Positions 1 to 9,587 of a DNA stretch of 64,000 nucleotides are shown here, piece after piece. Below the pieces are notes generated by a model. The model did no database searches. It saw only the letters and a program-made list of their open reading frames with translations, and was not told the origin of the DNA. A program made the position numbers and the translations under genes. Origin of the DNA: an uncultured Chloroflexia bacterium (GTDB lineage Bacteria; Chloroflexota; Limnocylindria; Limnocylindrales; CSP1-4); NCBI GenBank assembly GCA_963707215.1, contig CAVPPB010000001.1, forward strand, positions 256,001 to 320,000, given 5' to 3'. How positions within the stretch are numbered: the stretch's first letter is position 1; the number at the start of each line of letters is the position of its first letter.

Positions 1-509
1 GAGGCCCCCTGGACGGGCAGGGGCGCGAAGACCGCGTCCTCGATCCGATGGAAGCGGCCCTCGAACGGGGCGTCTTCCCCCGACCAGAGGTGCCGCCAGA
101 GGAGGATCGCCTCGTCGACGTAGGCCCCACGGGCGCGAAACCGGTCCGCCATCGCAAGGTTCCGGTACTCGTGCTCGTTCCAGCCGAGACCGACGCCGGC
201 GGCGACGCGCCCTCCGGTGAGGACGTCGATCGTCGCCAGCTCCTTCGCCAGGACGACCGCATTCCGCATCGGCACGACGAGGACGCTCGGCATGAGCCGG
301 ATCCGGTCAGTCTGCCCGCCGATCCAGGCGAGCGTCGTGACGATCTCGAACACCGTGCCGTAGGCCGCGGCGCGGTCTCGCCCGACGATGAGGTGGTCGT
401 CCGAACCGACCGTCCGCCAGCCGAGTCGCTCAGCGGTCTGCGCCGTCGCGAGGATCGCCTCGGGACTTGCGCCGGCGTGCTTGGTGGGCAGGATCAGGCC
501 GACATACAT
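1..509 (-). CDS. LLM-class (luciferase-like) flavin/F420-dependent oxidoreductase, 3' end outside window
   Basis: Not in the ORF track. Manual translation from ATG 509: MYVGLILPTKHAGASPEAILATAQTAERLGWRTVGSDDHLIV...VLVVPMRNAVVLAKELATIDVLTGGRVAAGVGLGWNEHEY, typical LLM motifs. Confidence 0.85.
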   Translation of the reverse strand, partial: MYVGLILPTKHAGASPEAILATAQTAERLGWRTVGSDDHLIVGRDRAAAYGTVFEIVTTLAWIGGQTDRIRLMPSVLVVPMRNAVVLAKELATIDVLTGGRVAAGVGLGWNEHEYRNLAMADRFRARGAYVDEAILLWRHLWSGEDAPFEGRFHRIEDAVFAPLPVQGA

Positions 510-802
510 CGACCCGATCGTACCCAGTCTGATCGGCGCACGACGGCGTCCCGCCACTCAAGGATCTCGGCCCAGACGACCCAGCGGCTAGCAGCCGCCG
601 GGCTGGTCGAGCTTCCTGAGCACGATCGAAGCCGTCCTGATCCGGCCGTGACAGTCACCGAGCCCCGGTCCCGACGGGCGCCGCGAACGTCGTTCGGGCA
701 CTCCGCCTCTGGACCCTTACGTTCCACCACAAGCACCCTGACCGCCATGCGTCGGGGCCGCTGACACATGGCGACCCCGAACAGGGAGCCGGAGATGGGG
801 CG

Positions 803-1207
803 ATGGACGATGTGCTGATGGCGGCGCTCCTCCTGATCGGGGCGACGACGGTCGCGCTGTACTGGATCGCGTGGCTCAGAGGCGGGAGCGACCTCCAGCT
901 GTCCGAGGACGAGGCCTACCTCAAGTTCGAGAAGGCGTTCCCGGTCGCGGACGCATGGCTCGCCGTTTGCATGCTCGTCGCCGCGATCGGGCTCCTGGCC
1001 GGTGAGTCGTACGCCTACCCGTTCATGCTCCTCGCAGGGAGTGCTGGCATCTTCCTCGGCCTGATGGACGTCACCTACGCGGTCGAGAACGGCCTGTACG
1101 GCATCGCTCGAACGTCGGCGGGGATGCGCATCGAAGCCGCGATGCACGTCATCACCCTCGGGGTCAGCGCGCTGGTGATCGTTTACGCGATGTCACGGCT
1201 CCTCTGA
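803..1207 (+). CDS. Hypothetical membrane protein (about 4 TM, 134 aa)
   Basis: Four hydrophobic segments, GGAG upstream of the ATG, coding-like codon usage. Confidence 0.75.
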   Translation: MDDVLMAALLLIGATTVALYWIAWLRGGSDLQLSEDEAYLKFEKAFPVADAWLAVCMLVAAIGLLAGESYAYPFMLLAGSAGIFLGLMDVTYAVENGLYGIARTSAGMRIEAAMHVITLGVSALVIVYAMSRLL

Positions 1208-1359
1208 CCTGCCGGGCTGTCGCCGCTCAGCTGCCTACTCGTCGACGCCCCCAGAACGCCCCGCCGGCGTCCCTCGCGTCGGACTGCATCCCCAGGCTGC
1301 CACGGCCTCCTCGGCCGCGCCCTGGGTCAACCGGACGACGTCGCAGGATCGGCGACCTC

Positions 1360-1422
1360 GGCGCGATCTCACTTCTCAGAGGGAGGAAGGCGACCAGCCC
1401 ACGGCCGGGCGACGGGGGCCGC
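1360..1422 (+). repeat. Intergenic repeat copy 1 (63 bp)
   Basis: GGCGCGATCTC-N10-GGGAGGAAGGCGACCAGCCCACGGCCGGGCGACGGGGGCCGC; 51/53 identical to copy 2804-2866 outside the 10-nt variable window. Confidence 0.9.
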
Positions 1423-1509
1423 TTCGCGACCTCCGCATCTGGTGACGCACGACCCTCCGACCGACACTCCCGCCCATCGAGTTCGTCACGGGTGCGGGAG
1501 GTGCGGGCC

Positions 1510-2018
1510 ATGCAGGACGCCGATCTGTTCCTCGAGCTGGCGGCGATCGCCGGCGTGTTCGTCGGCTTCGGAGCGCTCATCGCCGTTCGGGGCGGTGGCG
1601 CGAGCGACACGTTCGAGGTCGCCTCATGCGCGGCGTCGTCTCGATGGGGTTGCTGACGGTCGTGGGGGCCCTCGCCCCGGTCACCTTCGGCCGCTACGAC
1701 CTCTCCGAGCACGAGGTGTGGGCGCTCAGCAGCGTCGTGCTCCTGGTCGGCGTCGTCGGCGTGGCGGCTGCCATCTCCCTGAGCCCGGAGAGCAGAGCGG
1801 CAGAGATGGAGCTCCCAAGGTGGGTCGAGCGCGTCGCGATGGCGGTCTGGGTGCTCTGGACCATCGCGATCCTGCTCACGCCGATCGTCATCCTGTCGGG
1901 CGTGGCACCGGACCTCGAAGCTGCGCTCTACTTCACGGTCGTCGTGCTGATCCTGCTCTGGACCGCGTTCCTCCTCCTCCAGATGGTCTTTCGGCGGCGA
2001 GAGGCCGCGGCCGCCTGA
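1510..2018 (+). pseudogene. Membrane protein (about 5 TM) with a one-base frameshift near 1621-1625 (pseudogene or sequence error)
   Basis: GGAGGT RBS then ATG 1510 gives MQDADLFLELAAIAGVFVGFGALIAVRGGGASDTFEVA; the hydrophobic frame continues as ORF 1626-2018 (MRGVVSMGLL...). The offset is 116 nt, so one base is missing. Confidence 0.7.
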
Positions 2019-2050
2019 GACGGCCAGCCCACGACCGGGCGGGGCGGTTC
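2019..2050 (+). repeat. Degenerate intergenic repeat copy
   Basis: GACGGCCAGCCCACGACCGGGCGGGGCGGTTC immediately after the stop codon at 2018; resembles the repeat core. Confidence 0.55.
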
Positions 2051-2274
2051 GGCGGGTAGGGGTTCTCCCGCTGGACGGGCACGAGGGCCGCCGCCGACCG
2101 GCGGCCCACGACACGGCGGCCCACGGCCTTCGGCCAGGCACCAGCGCCCCCGGTGGGTGAGCGCCCCGCCGGGGCAGATCGACGAGCGAGCGGTAGATCG
2201 CTCGCGGGACCCGGGGCGGAACCTCGTACGGATGAGGACCGTCTGGTGGGAGAACGCGTCCATAGGAGGTTGGG

Positions 2275-2658
2275 ATGAAGGTCTTGCGGGTACTGCCAGT
2301 GCTGGCCGCCGCTGTAGCGGTGATGGTCGGCGCGGCGATGGTCATCGGTGCGTCGCCGGCCGGGACTCAGATCCGAGCTGAAGTCGCCCCGCACTTCTCC
2401 CAGGAGGGTCTGGTGCCGGGAGACCCACTCGCCGGGGGCACGCTGCTCCTCTACGACGGCAACGAGGTGGTGTTCAGCGCAACTCTGGATGCAGACGGTG
2501 CCGTCGTCGTCAGTCCCGATCCGGGCGTGTACGACGTGCAGGTGCAGCTCGACAGCGCGCAGGACCCCCTCTGTTCCTGGGGCGCCACGGCGTTCGGCGT
2601 CGAGTTCCCCGCGTCGTCACTTGAGCTCGAAGCAGGCTTCACCTGCGCCGGCAACTGA
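2275..2658 (+). CDS. Secreted small beta-rich protein (prealbumin/carboxypeptidase-regulatory-like, 127 aa)
   Basis: AGGAGG RBS, signal peptide MKVLRVLPVLAAAVAVMVG, 'TLDADG...PGVYDVQV' pattern, two Cys. Confidence 0.7.
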   Translation: MKVLRVLPVLAAAVAVMVGAAMVIGASPAGTQIRAEVAPHFSQEGLVPGDPLAGGTLLLYDGNEVVFSATLDADGAVVVSPDPGVYDVQVQLDSAQDPLCSWGATAFGVEFPASSLELEAGFTCAGN

Positions 2659-2803
2659 GTCCGATCTCCGTCAGGATCGCGGCGTTCGCTCTCGCTGGGC
2701 GTGCGCTGTGACCCAGGCAGGCCGGCTGAGCTTCGTCCCCTGAACTAGACGGCTCGGTGGTCGCCGGGATCCACCGTGCACGGCCCCCGCTCCGGGGCCG
2801 GCC

Positions 2804-2866
2804 GGCGCGATCTCGTTGACCCAGGGGCGGAAGGCGACCAGCCCACGGCCGGGCGACGGGGGTCGC
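2804..2866 (+). repeat. Intergenic repeat copy 2 (63 bp)
   Basis: GGCGCGATCTC-GTTGACCCAG-GGGCGGAAGGCGACCAGCCCACGGCCGGGCGACGGGGGTCGC. Confidence 0.9.
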
Positions 2867-2900
2867 AACACGCTGACCAGTCGGCCGTCCTCAGGTCAAG

Positions 2901-3146
2901 ATGAACGGCTACGACCTGGTCGCCGCGGGGTTGCTCATCCTCGCGCTCGCACCCGTGGAACTCGATCCGCTACTGATCGTCGTCAGTCTCGTTGGCCTCG
3001 GGTTCATGGCTGTCGCCTGGGTCGCATGGAACGCTCCTCAACGGCGGAGCAGCAGCGCGCTGACCTACCTGGCGATCGGCCTGTTCGTTCTGGGCTTCGC
3101 ACTCCTCGTCGCGCCGCCACTGGTCGCCCTGGCGGCCCTTGGGTAG
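2901..3146 (+). CDS. Small membrane protein (81 aa, about 3 TM)
   Basis: Almost entirely hydrophobic ORF lying between two repeat copies. Confidence 0.6.
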   Translation: MNGYDLVAAGLLILALAPVELDPLLIVVSLVGLGFMAVAWVAWNAPQRRSSSALTYLAIGLFVLGFALLVAPPLVALAALG

Positions 3147-3166
3147 GTCCGGGCTGACCCGCGTCG

Positions 3167-3200
3167 AGGCGACCAGCTCACGGCCGGGCGACGGGGGCCG
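3167..3200 (+). repeat. Intergenic repeat copy 3 (34-bp core)
   Basis: AGGCGACCAGCTCACGGCCGGGCGACGGGGGCCG; 33/34 identical to 1388-1421. Confidence 0.9.
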
Positions 3201-3336
3201 TTCGCGGTCTGCTAGCCGTCGCGGGCCGAGATGGCGAGGGTGACGAGGATCGTCACGTACCCGGCACACTGTCCCGCCGCGTAGTGGCCGGACGCGGCCG
3301 TCCATCGGGCGGCGAGGGCACGTCACGAGGGAGGAC

Positions 3337-3411
3337 TGGCTCCGGCGGTAGGATTCGAACCTACGACCAAGCGGTTAACAGCCGCCCGCTCTACCACTGA
3401 GCTACGCCGGA
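3337..3411 (-). tRNA. tRNA-Asn (GTT), CCA encoded
   Basis: TCCGGCG TA GCTC AGTGGTA GAGC G GGCGG CTGTTAA CCGCT TGGTC GTAGG TTCGAAT CCTAC CGCCGGA G CCA folds as a complete cloverleaf. Confidence 0.98.
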
Positions 3412-3559
3412 GCGGTCACGATCGCCACCGGGGCGACCGGGCGCCACGAGCGAGTCGCGCGCGAGGCGGAAGGATAGCAGGTCGGCCGCCCGATGGCCGC
3501 CGGTCCGCCGTCGGAGGCCGGCGCGGGGGCGCCTCGGAAGCCGCTGGCATACTCCCCGC

Positions 3560-4436
3560 GTGACGACCTCGCCGCTCATCCCGGTCGACGAGCTTGCCGG
3601 GCGCCTGCTGGGGACCGATCGCGATCCTGCGCTGCGGGTCTGCGATGTCCGCTGGTACCTGGGTCGCCCGGGCGAGGGACGGGCCGCCTACGAGGCAGGA
3701 CATCTCCCCGGCGCGGCCTTCATCGACCTGGACGAGGATCTCGCCGATCCGCCGGGGCCAGGGCGCCATCCCCTCCCCGACCCGGGCCGGTTCGTGGCAC
3801 GGCTGGCGGAGCTCGGCATCGGTCGAGAGAACGAGGTCGTCGCCTACGACGATGCCGGCGGCGGGATCGCCGCGCGCCTCTGGTGGATGCTCGACGACCT
3901 CGGCCACGAGTGGGTCCGCGTCCTGGACGGGGGGCTGCAGTGCCTGGACCGCGGCTGGCCTTCCGCTGATGGTCGAGGCCCTCCCCCATCCCCCGGCCGA
4001 GCCCATCGAGGCTCGCCCGTGGCGCCGCACGATCGACGCGGACACGCTGGCCGACCGCCTCGGCGAGCTCACCCTCGTCGACGTCCGCGCGCCCGAGCGC
4101 TACCGGGGCGAGGTCGAGCCGATCGACCCCAAGGCGGGCCACATCCCGACCGCGGTGAACGCGCCGATCGGCGGGAACCTCGGGCCGGAGGGCCGATTCC
4201 TGGCTCCGGTCGAGCTCGCGGCTCGGTATCGCGCGCTCGGTCCGGCCGGGCGCGAGGTCGTGCTCTACTGCGGCAGCGGCGCCAACGCCTGCCAGGGAGC
4301 CCTGGCCATGCGTATCGCCGGGCTCCCCGACCCGACCGTCTACGCCGGCTCGTTCAGCGATTGGAGTCGCGCCGACCGCGAGGTCCTCGCCGCGGCCGAG
4401 CCAGGGACACCCGCCGAGCCGGGGTCGCCCGGCTGA
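3560..4436 (+). pseudogene. sseA: Tandem-rhodanese sulfurtransferase (SseA/MST-like) with a +1 frameshift at about 3941
   Basis: N-half in the frame of 3560 (GHLPGA, GRHPLP, AARLWWML, LDGGLQ); C-half in the frame of 3594-4436 (AW.., GHIPTA, YCGSG, YAGSFSDW). One extra base at CAG-T-GCC-TGG. Confidence 0.85.
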
Positions 4437-4448
4437 CCGACCGGCAGG

Positions 4449-5846
4449 CTAGTGGCCCAGCGACCGCCAGAACCAGCGGACCGGGGCAGCCGGCGTTCCG
4501 GTGACCGCCTCGAGCCGGTCGCCGGCCCACATGAGCGCGGTCACGGCATTGACCCCGAGCCAGCGGAACGGCTCGGGCTCCCAGCGGGGCGACCGGTGGC
4601 CGACCCACGGCAGCTCGGTCAGCTCGCTCTGTCGACCCAGCACCAGGTCGGCGACCGTGCGCGCCGCCAGGTTCGAGGTCGCGACCCCGTCGCCGACGTA
4701 ACCGCCCGCCCAGGCGAGACCGCTGCTCCGGTCGAAGCCGACGGAGGGATACCAGTCGCGGGGGATGCCCAGGTTGCCGCCCCAGGCGTGGGTGAAGCGG
4801 ACGTCGGCGAGGGCCGGCAGCAGCTCGCGGAGCACGTTCCGAAGCATCCGGTGGACCCGGGCGTCGCGGTCGAAGGCCGGGCGGATCGTCGACCCGAAGT
4901 GATAGGGCGCCCCGCGGCCCCCGAAGGCGATCCGCCCGTCGGCGGTGCGCTGGCCGTAGATCTTCAGGTGCCGTTTGTCGGTGAAGGTCTCGCGCCCCTC
5001 GAGGCCGATCCGTGACAGCATCTCCGCGGGCAGCGGCTCGGTCGCCACCATGAGCGAGTACATCGGGAGGATCGAGCGCCGGAGACCCGGGATCCCCGGC
5101 GCATAGCCCTCCAGGGCCGGCAGGACGACCTCGGCCCGGATCGTCCCGTGGGTGGTCTCGACCCGACCGGGGCCGATCGACGCGGCGGGAGTCCGCTCGT
5201 GGATCGGGACGCCAAGTCGCTCGACCGCGTCGGCCAGGCCTCGCACCAGCCTGAGCGGGTCGAGGGCCGCACAGTGCGGCACGAAGGTGCCACCAAGGAC
5301 CCTTGAGCCGTTCAGATGTCGGCGGGCCTCGGTCGCGTCGAGGAGGCGCAGGTGGTCGTCGCCCAGGCCCAGGGTGCGGACGCTCGCCACGTCGGCCCGG
5401 GCACGCGCGAGCTGGGCCCGGCTCCGGGCGACCGACACGGCACCGCCCTTTCGGAAGCCGCACTCGATGCCCTCGTCTGCGGCGATCCGCCCGACCTCGT
5501 CGACCGAGCCGTCGAGCGCCGCCTGGAGGGCGAGGACACGCCCGCGGTCCGCATCGCGGCCCAGGCGACGGAACGAGGCCGGGAACATCGCCACGCACCA
5601 GCCGCCGTTCCGCCCGGACGCACCGTAGCCAGCGATCTCGCGCTCGACGATCTCGATGCGCAGGCCCGGGTCCAGGCGCTTCAGGTAGTAGGCGGTCCAG
5701 AGGCCGGTGTACCCGGCGCCGACGATCGCGACATCGACGTGGCGGTCGCCGGGCAGCCGCGGACGGGGCGCAAGCGCGCCAGGGTACAGATCGTGCCAGA
5801 GGCTCAGGTCGCGGTACTGTCCTTCGGGTAGCGGCGGCTCGCTCAC
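4449..5846 (-). CDS. FAD-dependent oxidoreductase, DAO family (PuuB/OrdL-like amine oxidase)
   Basis: [19 protein letters not shown] and WEPEPFRW motifs. Confidence 0.88.
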   Translation of the reverse strand: MSEPPLPEGQYRDLSLWHDLYPGALAPRPRLPGDRHVDVAIVGAGYTGLWTAYYLKRLDPGLRIEIVEREIAGYGASGRNGGWCVAMFPASFRRLGRDADRGRVLALQAALDGSVDEVGRIAADEGIECGFRKGGAVSVARSRAQLARARADVASVRTLGLGDDHLRLLDATEARRHLNGSRVLGGTFVPHCAALDPLRLVRGLADAVERLGVPIHERTPAASIGPGRVETTHGTIRAEVVLPALEGYAPGIPGLRRSILPMYSLMVATEPLPAEMLSRIGLEGRETFTDKRHLKIYGQRTADGRIAFGGRGAPYHFGSTIRPAFDRDARVHRMLRNVLRELLPALADVRFTHAWGGNLGIPRDWYPSVGFDRSSGLAWAGGYVGDGVATSNLAARTVADLVLGRQSELTELPWVGHRSPRWEPEPFRWLGVNAVTALMWAGDRLEAVTGTPAAPVRWFWRSLGH

Positions 5847-5944
5847 GGGGCCAGTCTAGGTGGCGACGAGCCATGGTGGACGACAGGGTCTACGCTGGTT
5901 CGGGGGCGTCCGGTGTGCGAGGCGGGCCCCCGGAAAGGACCCCG

Positions 5945-8341
5945 ATGACGGACATCGCCAAGACCCCCTCGGACCTCGGTCGCCGTCCCTACGAGGGCCC
6001 GCTCTCGCCCGCCGAGCTCGAGGGGATCGATGCCTGGTGGCGCGCCGCCAACTACCTCTCGGTCGGCCAGATCTACCTCCTTGACAACCCCCTCCTCCGG
6101 GAGCCGCTGCGTCCGGAACACATCAAGCCGAGGCTCCTGGGTCACTGGGGCACGACGCCCGGTCTGAACTTCGTCTACGCCCACCTGAACCGGGTCGTCC
6201 GCGACCGGGACCTGGACGCGATCTGGATCGTGGGCCCGGGGCACGGAGGGCCGGCGGCCGTCGCCAACGCCTACCTCGAGGGCACCTACTCGGAGGTGTA
6301 CCCCGACGTCTCGCTCGACGTGACGGGCCTCCGCGAGCTGTTCCGCCAGTTCTCGTTCCCGGGAGGTGTCGGCAGCCACGTCACGCCCGAGACGCCGGGC
6401 TCGATCCACGAGGGCGGGGAGCTCGGCTATGCACTCACGCACGCCTACGGCGCGGTCTTCGACGATCCTGACCTCGTCGCCTTCTGCATCATCGGCGATG
6501 GCGAGGCCGAGACCGGGCCGCTCGCAGCCAGCTGGCACTCGACCAAGTTCGTCAACCCGGCGATCGACGGAACCGTCGTCCCGATCCTCCACCTCAACGG
6601 CTACAAGATCGCGAACCCGACGGTGCTCGCCCGGATCTCCCACGAGGAGCTCGAGGCGCTCCTGGTCGGCTATGGTCATCGTCCGATCTTCGTCGAGGGC
6701 GAGGAGCCGGCTCGGATGCACCAGGCGATGGCGGCCGCGCTCGACGAGGCACTCGACGAGATCGGCGCGATCCAGGCCCGAGCCCGGGCCGGCATGCGGC
6801 CCGAGCGACCGCGCTGGCCGATGATCGTGCTCCGCAGCCCGAAGGGCTGGACCGGGCCGAAAGAGGTCGACGGCAAGCCGACGGAGGGGAGCTTCCGCTC
6901 GCACCAGGTCCCGCTGGCCAACGTACGGACCGACCCGTCCCACCTGGCCCAGCTGGACGCCTGGCTCCGCAGCTACCGACCCGAGGAGCTGTTCCGCGAG
7001 GACGGGGCCGTCGTCGGGTCGGTGACCTCCCAGGCGCCGCCCAGGTCGCGACGGATCAGCTCCAATCCCAAGACCAACGGCGGCCTGCTCGTCCACGAGC
7101 TGAGCATCCCCGACTTCCGTGACTACGCCGTCGAGGTGACGGCGCCCGGGACCGAGCGGAGCGAGGCGACCCGGGTCCTGGGCTCGTTCCTCAGGGACAT
7201 CATCGCCCGCAACCCGCGCACGTTCCGCCTCTTCGGCCCGGACGAGACGGCCTCGAACCGCCTGTCGGCCGTCTTCGAGGCGACCGACCGGACCTGGATG
7301 GCCGAGACGCTCCCGACCGATGACCACCTGGCACCTGACGGGCGGGTCATGGAGGTCCTCTCGGAGCACCTCTGCGAGGGCTGGCTGGAGGGCTACCTCC
7401 TGACCGGTCGGCATGGCGTCTTCAACTGCTATGAGGCCTTCATCCACATCATCGACTCGATGTTCAACCAGCACGCGAAGTGGCTGAAGATGACCCGTGA
7501 GATCCCCTGGCGCCGGCCCATCCCGTCGCTGAACTACCTGCTCTCGAGCCACGTCTGGCGCCAGGACCACAACGGTTTCAGCCACCAGGACCCGGGCTTC
7601 ATCGACCACGTCGTCAACAAGAAGGCCGAGGTCATCCGGGTCTACCTGCCCCCGGACGCCAACACGCTCCTCTCGGTCGCCGATCACTGCCTTCGGAGCC
7701 GCGACTACGTCAACGTCATCGTGGCCGGCAAGCAGCCCGGGCTCGACTACCTCTCGATGGACGAGGCCGTGCTGCACGCCACGCGAGGGATCGGGATCTG
7801 GGACTGGGCGAGCAACGATGACGGCGAGCCCGATGTGATCATGGCCTGCTGCGGCGACATCCCGACGCTCGAGACGCTGGCCGCCGTCGACCTGATGCGC
7901 CAGCATCTGCCCGACCTCCGTCTCCGGGTCATCAACGTCGTCGACCTGATGCGCCTCCAGACCGACACGGAGCACCCCCACGGGCTCTCCGACCGGGAGT
8001 TCGACACGCTGTTCACGAAGGACCGCCCGATCATCTTCGCCTACCACGGCTACCCGTGGCTCATCCACCGACTCGCCTACCGGCGGACGAACCACGGAAA
8101 CCTCCACGTCCGTGGCTACAAGGAGGAAGGCACGGTCACGACGCCGTTCGACATGGTCATGCGCAACGACCTCGACCGGTTCCACCTGGTGATGGACGTC
8201 ATCGACCGGGTACCCGGGCTCGGTTCGCAGGCAGCCGCGCTGCGCCAGACGATGTTCGACGAACGGGTCCGAGCGAGGATCCACGTGCGCGAGGTCGGCG
8301 AAGACCCGCCGGCGATCCGCGACTGGACCTGGGGTCACTGA
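5945..8341 (+). CDS. xfp: Xylulose-5-P/fructose-6-P phosphoketolase
   Basis: [40 protein letters not shown] motifs. True start ATG 5945 after GGAAAGGA. Confidence 0.97.
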   Translation: MTDIAKTPSDLGRRPYEGPLSPAELEGIDAWWRAANYLSVGQIYLLDNPLLREPLRPEHIKPRLLGHWGTTPGLNFVYAHLNRVVRDRDLDAIWIVGPGHGGPAAVANAYLEGTYSEVYPDVSLDVTGLRELFRQFSFPGGVGSHVTPETPGSIHEGGELGYALTHAYGAVFDDPDLVAFCIIGDGEAETGPLAASWHSTKFVNPAIDGTVVPILHLNGYKIANPTVLARISHEELEALLVGYGHRPIFVEGEEPARMHQAMAAALDEALDEIGAIQARARAGMRPERPRWPMIVLRSPKGWTGPKEVDGKPTEGSFRSHQVPLANVRTDPSHLAQLDAWLRSYRPEELFREDGAVVGSVTSQAPPRSRRISSNPKTNGGLLVHELSIPDFRDYAVEVTAPGTERSEATRVLGSFLRDIIARNPRTFRLFGPDETASNRLSAVFEATDRTWMAETLPTDDHLAPDGRVMEVLSEHLCEGWLEGYLLTGRHGVFNCYEAFIHIIDSMFNQHAKWLKMTREIPWRRPIPSLNYLLSSHVWRQDHNGFSHQDPGFIDHVVNKKAEVIRVYLPPDANTLLSVADHCLRSRDYVNVIVAGKQPGLDYLSMDEAVLHATRGIGIWDWASNDDGEPDVIMACCGDIPTLETLAAVDLMRQHLPDLRLRVINVVDLMRLQTDTEHPHGLSDREFDTLFTKDRPIIFAYHGYPWLIHRLAYRRTNHGNLHVRGYKEEGTVTTPFDMVMRNDLDRFHLVMDVIDRVPGLGSQAAALRQTMFDERVRARIHVREVGEDPPAIRDWTWGH

Positions 8342-8354
8342 GGCGGAGGTCCCG

Positions 8355-9512
8355 ATGCGCGTCCTCGCACTCAATGCCGGGTCGAGCTCACTCAAGGCGA
8401 GTGTCGTCGGGGGTGGTCGGGCCCTGGCCCGGAGCGCCGTCGGCTGGGGCACGGACGCCAGCCGGATCGAAGACCGTGGGCCGGGGATCGGGGCCGTCCT
8501 GTCCGACTTGGCGGGACAGGGCATCGACCCGGCCTCGATCGGGGCGGTCGGCCACCGGGTCGTCCATGGTGGGCCGACGCTCGTCGCCTCGACCCGGATC
8601 GACGACGCGGTCCTCGCGACGATCGACGGGCTCAGCGAGCTGGCGCCGCTCCATAACGTCGTCGCGATGGAGACGATCCGGGCGGCCCGCGTCACCTTGC
8701 CTGATCTGCCCCACGTAGCGTGCTTCGACACGGCGTTCCACGCGAGGCTGCCTGGGTCGGCGCGGCGCTACCCGGTCCCGACGTGCTGGGGCTCCGACTG
8801 GGGCGTCCGCCGCTACGGATTCCACGGGCTCAGCGTGGCCTGGGCCACGAGCCGGTCTGCCGAGCTCCTGGAGCGCCGAGAGGCGGATCTGGGGCTCATC
8901 GTCGCGCACCTCGGCAGCGGCTGCTCCGTCACCGCCGTCCAGGGCGGTCGGTCCGTCGCCACCTCGATGGGCCTGACCCCGCTCGAGGGACTCATGATGG
9001 GGACCCGGGCCGGCTCGATCGACCCCGGCATCCTCCTCTACCTGCTTCGGACGGGTCGGAGCTCGCTCGACGAGCTGGCGGAGGCGCTCGATCACGGGTC
9101 GGGGCTCCTGGCAGTGTCGGAGCGGACCTCGGACGTGCGCGATCTCGAGGCGGCTGCCGACGCTGGGGACGCCCGAGCCACCCTGGCGCTGGAGATGTTC
9201 GTCGAGCGGGCCGCTGCCGGCATCGCGGCGGCGGCCACCGCGCTCGATCGGCTCGACGCCGTCACCTTCACCGGTGGGATCGGCGAGCACGCCGGTCGGG
9301 TCCGGGCCTCCATCGTCGGGCACCTGAGGGTCCTCGGCCTGGCCGCGGTCAGCGACCTGGAGTCCGGCGAGGACCGGGTCCTCGCCGTCGACCGGGCCGC
9401 CGAGCGGCGGTCACCGACTCCGGGCACGATCGGGCCCGTGGCCCTCCGGGTCGAGGCCCGCGAGGATCTCGTCATCGCCCGGGAGGTCGAGGTCCTCGTC
9501 CCGGCGGACTGA
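8355..9512 (+). CDS. ackA: Acetate kinase
   Basis: LNAGSSSLK, GHRVVHGG, FDTAFH, YGFHGLS, TSMGLTPLEG, FTGGIGE. Confidence 0.95.
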   Translation: MRVLALNAGSSSLKASVVGGGRALARSAVGWGTDASRIEDRGPGIGAVLSDLAGQGIDPASIGAVGHRVVHGGPTLVASTRIDDAVLATIDGLSELAPLHNVVAMETIRAARVTLPDLPHVACFDTAFHARLPGSARRYPVPTCWGSDWGVRRYGFHGLSVAWATSRSAELLERREADLGLIVAHLGSGCSVTAVQGGRSVATSMGLTPLEGLMMGTRAGSIDPGILLYLLRTGRSSLDELAEALDHGSGLLAVSERTSDVRDLEAAADAGDARATLALEMFVERAAAGIAAAATALDRLDAVTFTGGIGEHAGRVRASIVGHLRVLGLAAVSDLESGEDRVLAVDRAAERRSPTPGTIGPVALRVEAREDLVIAREVEVLVPAD

Positions 9513-9587
9513 ACGCCCGGGCCAGGAGACCCACCCAGCCCGCTAGACTCGGGTCGTGACCGCCGGCAGACCCCTGGTACCGCTCCG

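Noticed and set aside
597-618. Possible inverted fifth copy of the intergenic repeat (reverse complement AGGAAGCTCGACCAGCCC)
   Set aside because: Match is short and gapped in GC-rich DNA; cannot be distinguished from chance by eye.
48-764. 238-aa plus-strand ORF
   Set aside because: Antisense to the LLM oxidoreductase at 1-509, which carries the real family motifs.
2100-2126. Short tandem CGGCGGCCCACG duplication
   Set aside because: Two copies of a GC-only-rich 12-mer; too weak to interpret.
1360-3200. Repeat array as CRISPR or canonical integron attC
   Set aside because: Spacing is 300-800 bp with whole ORFs in between, no cas genes, no RYYYAAC/GTTRRRY ends and no intI in the window.
3337-3411. 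Prophage or ICE integrated at tRNA-Asn
   Set aside because: No integrase and no duplicated tRNA 3' end were seen within the window.
9513-9587. c-di-AMP (ydaO) riboswitch upstream of ktrB
   Set aside because: The intergenic region is only about 75 nt and lacks recognisable consensus elements.
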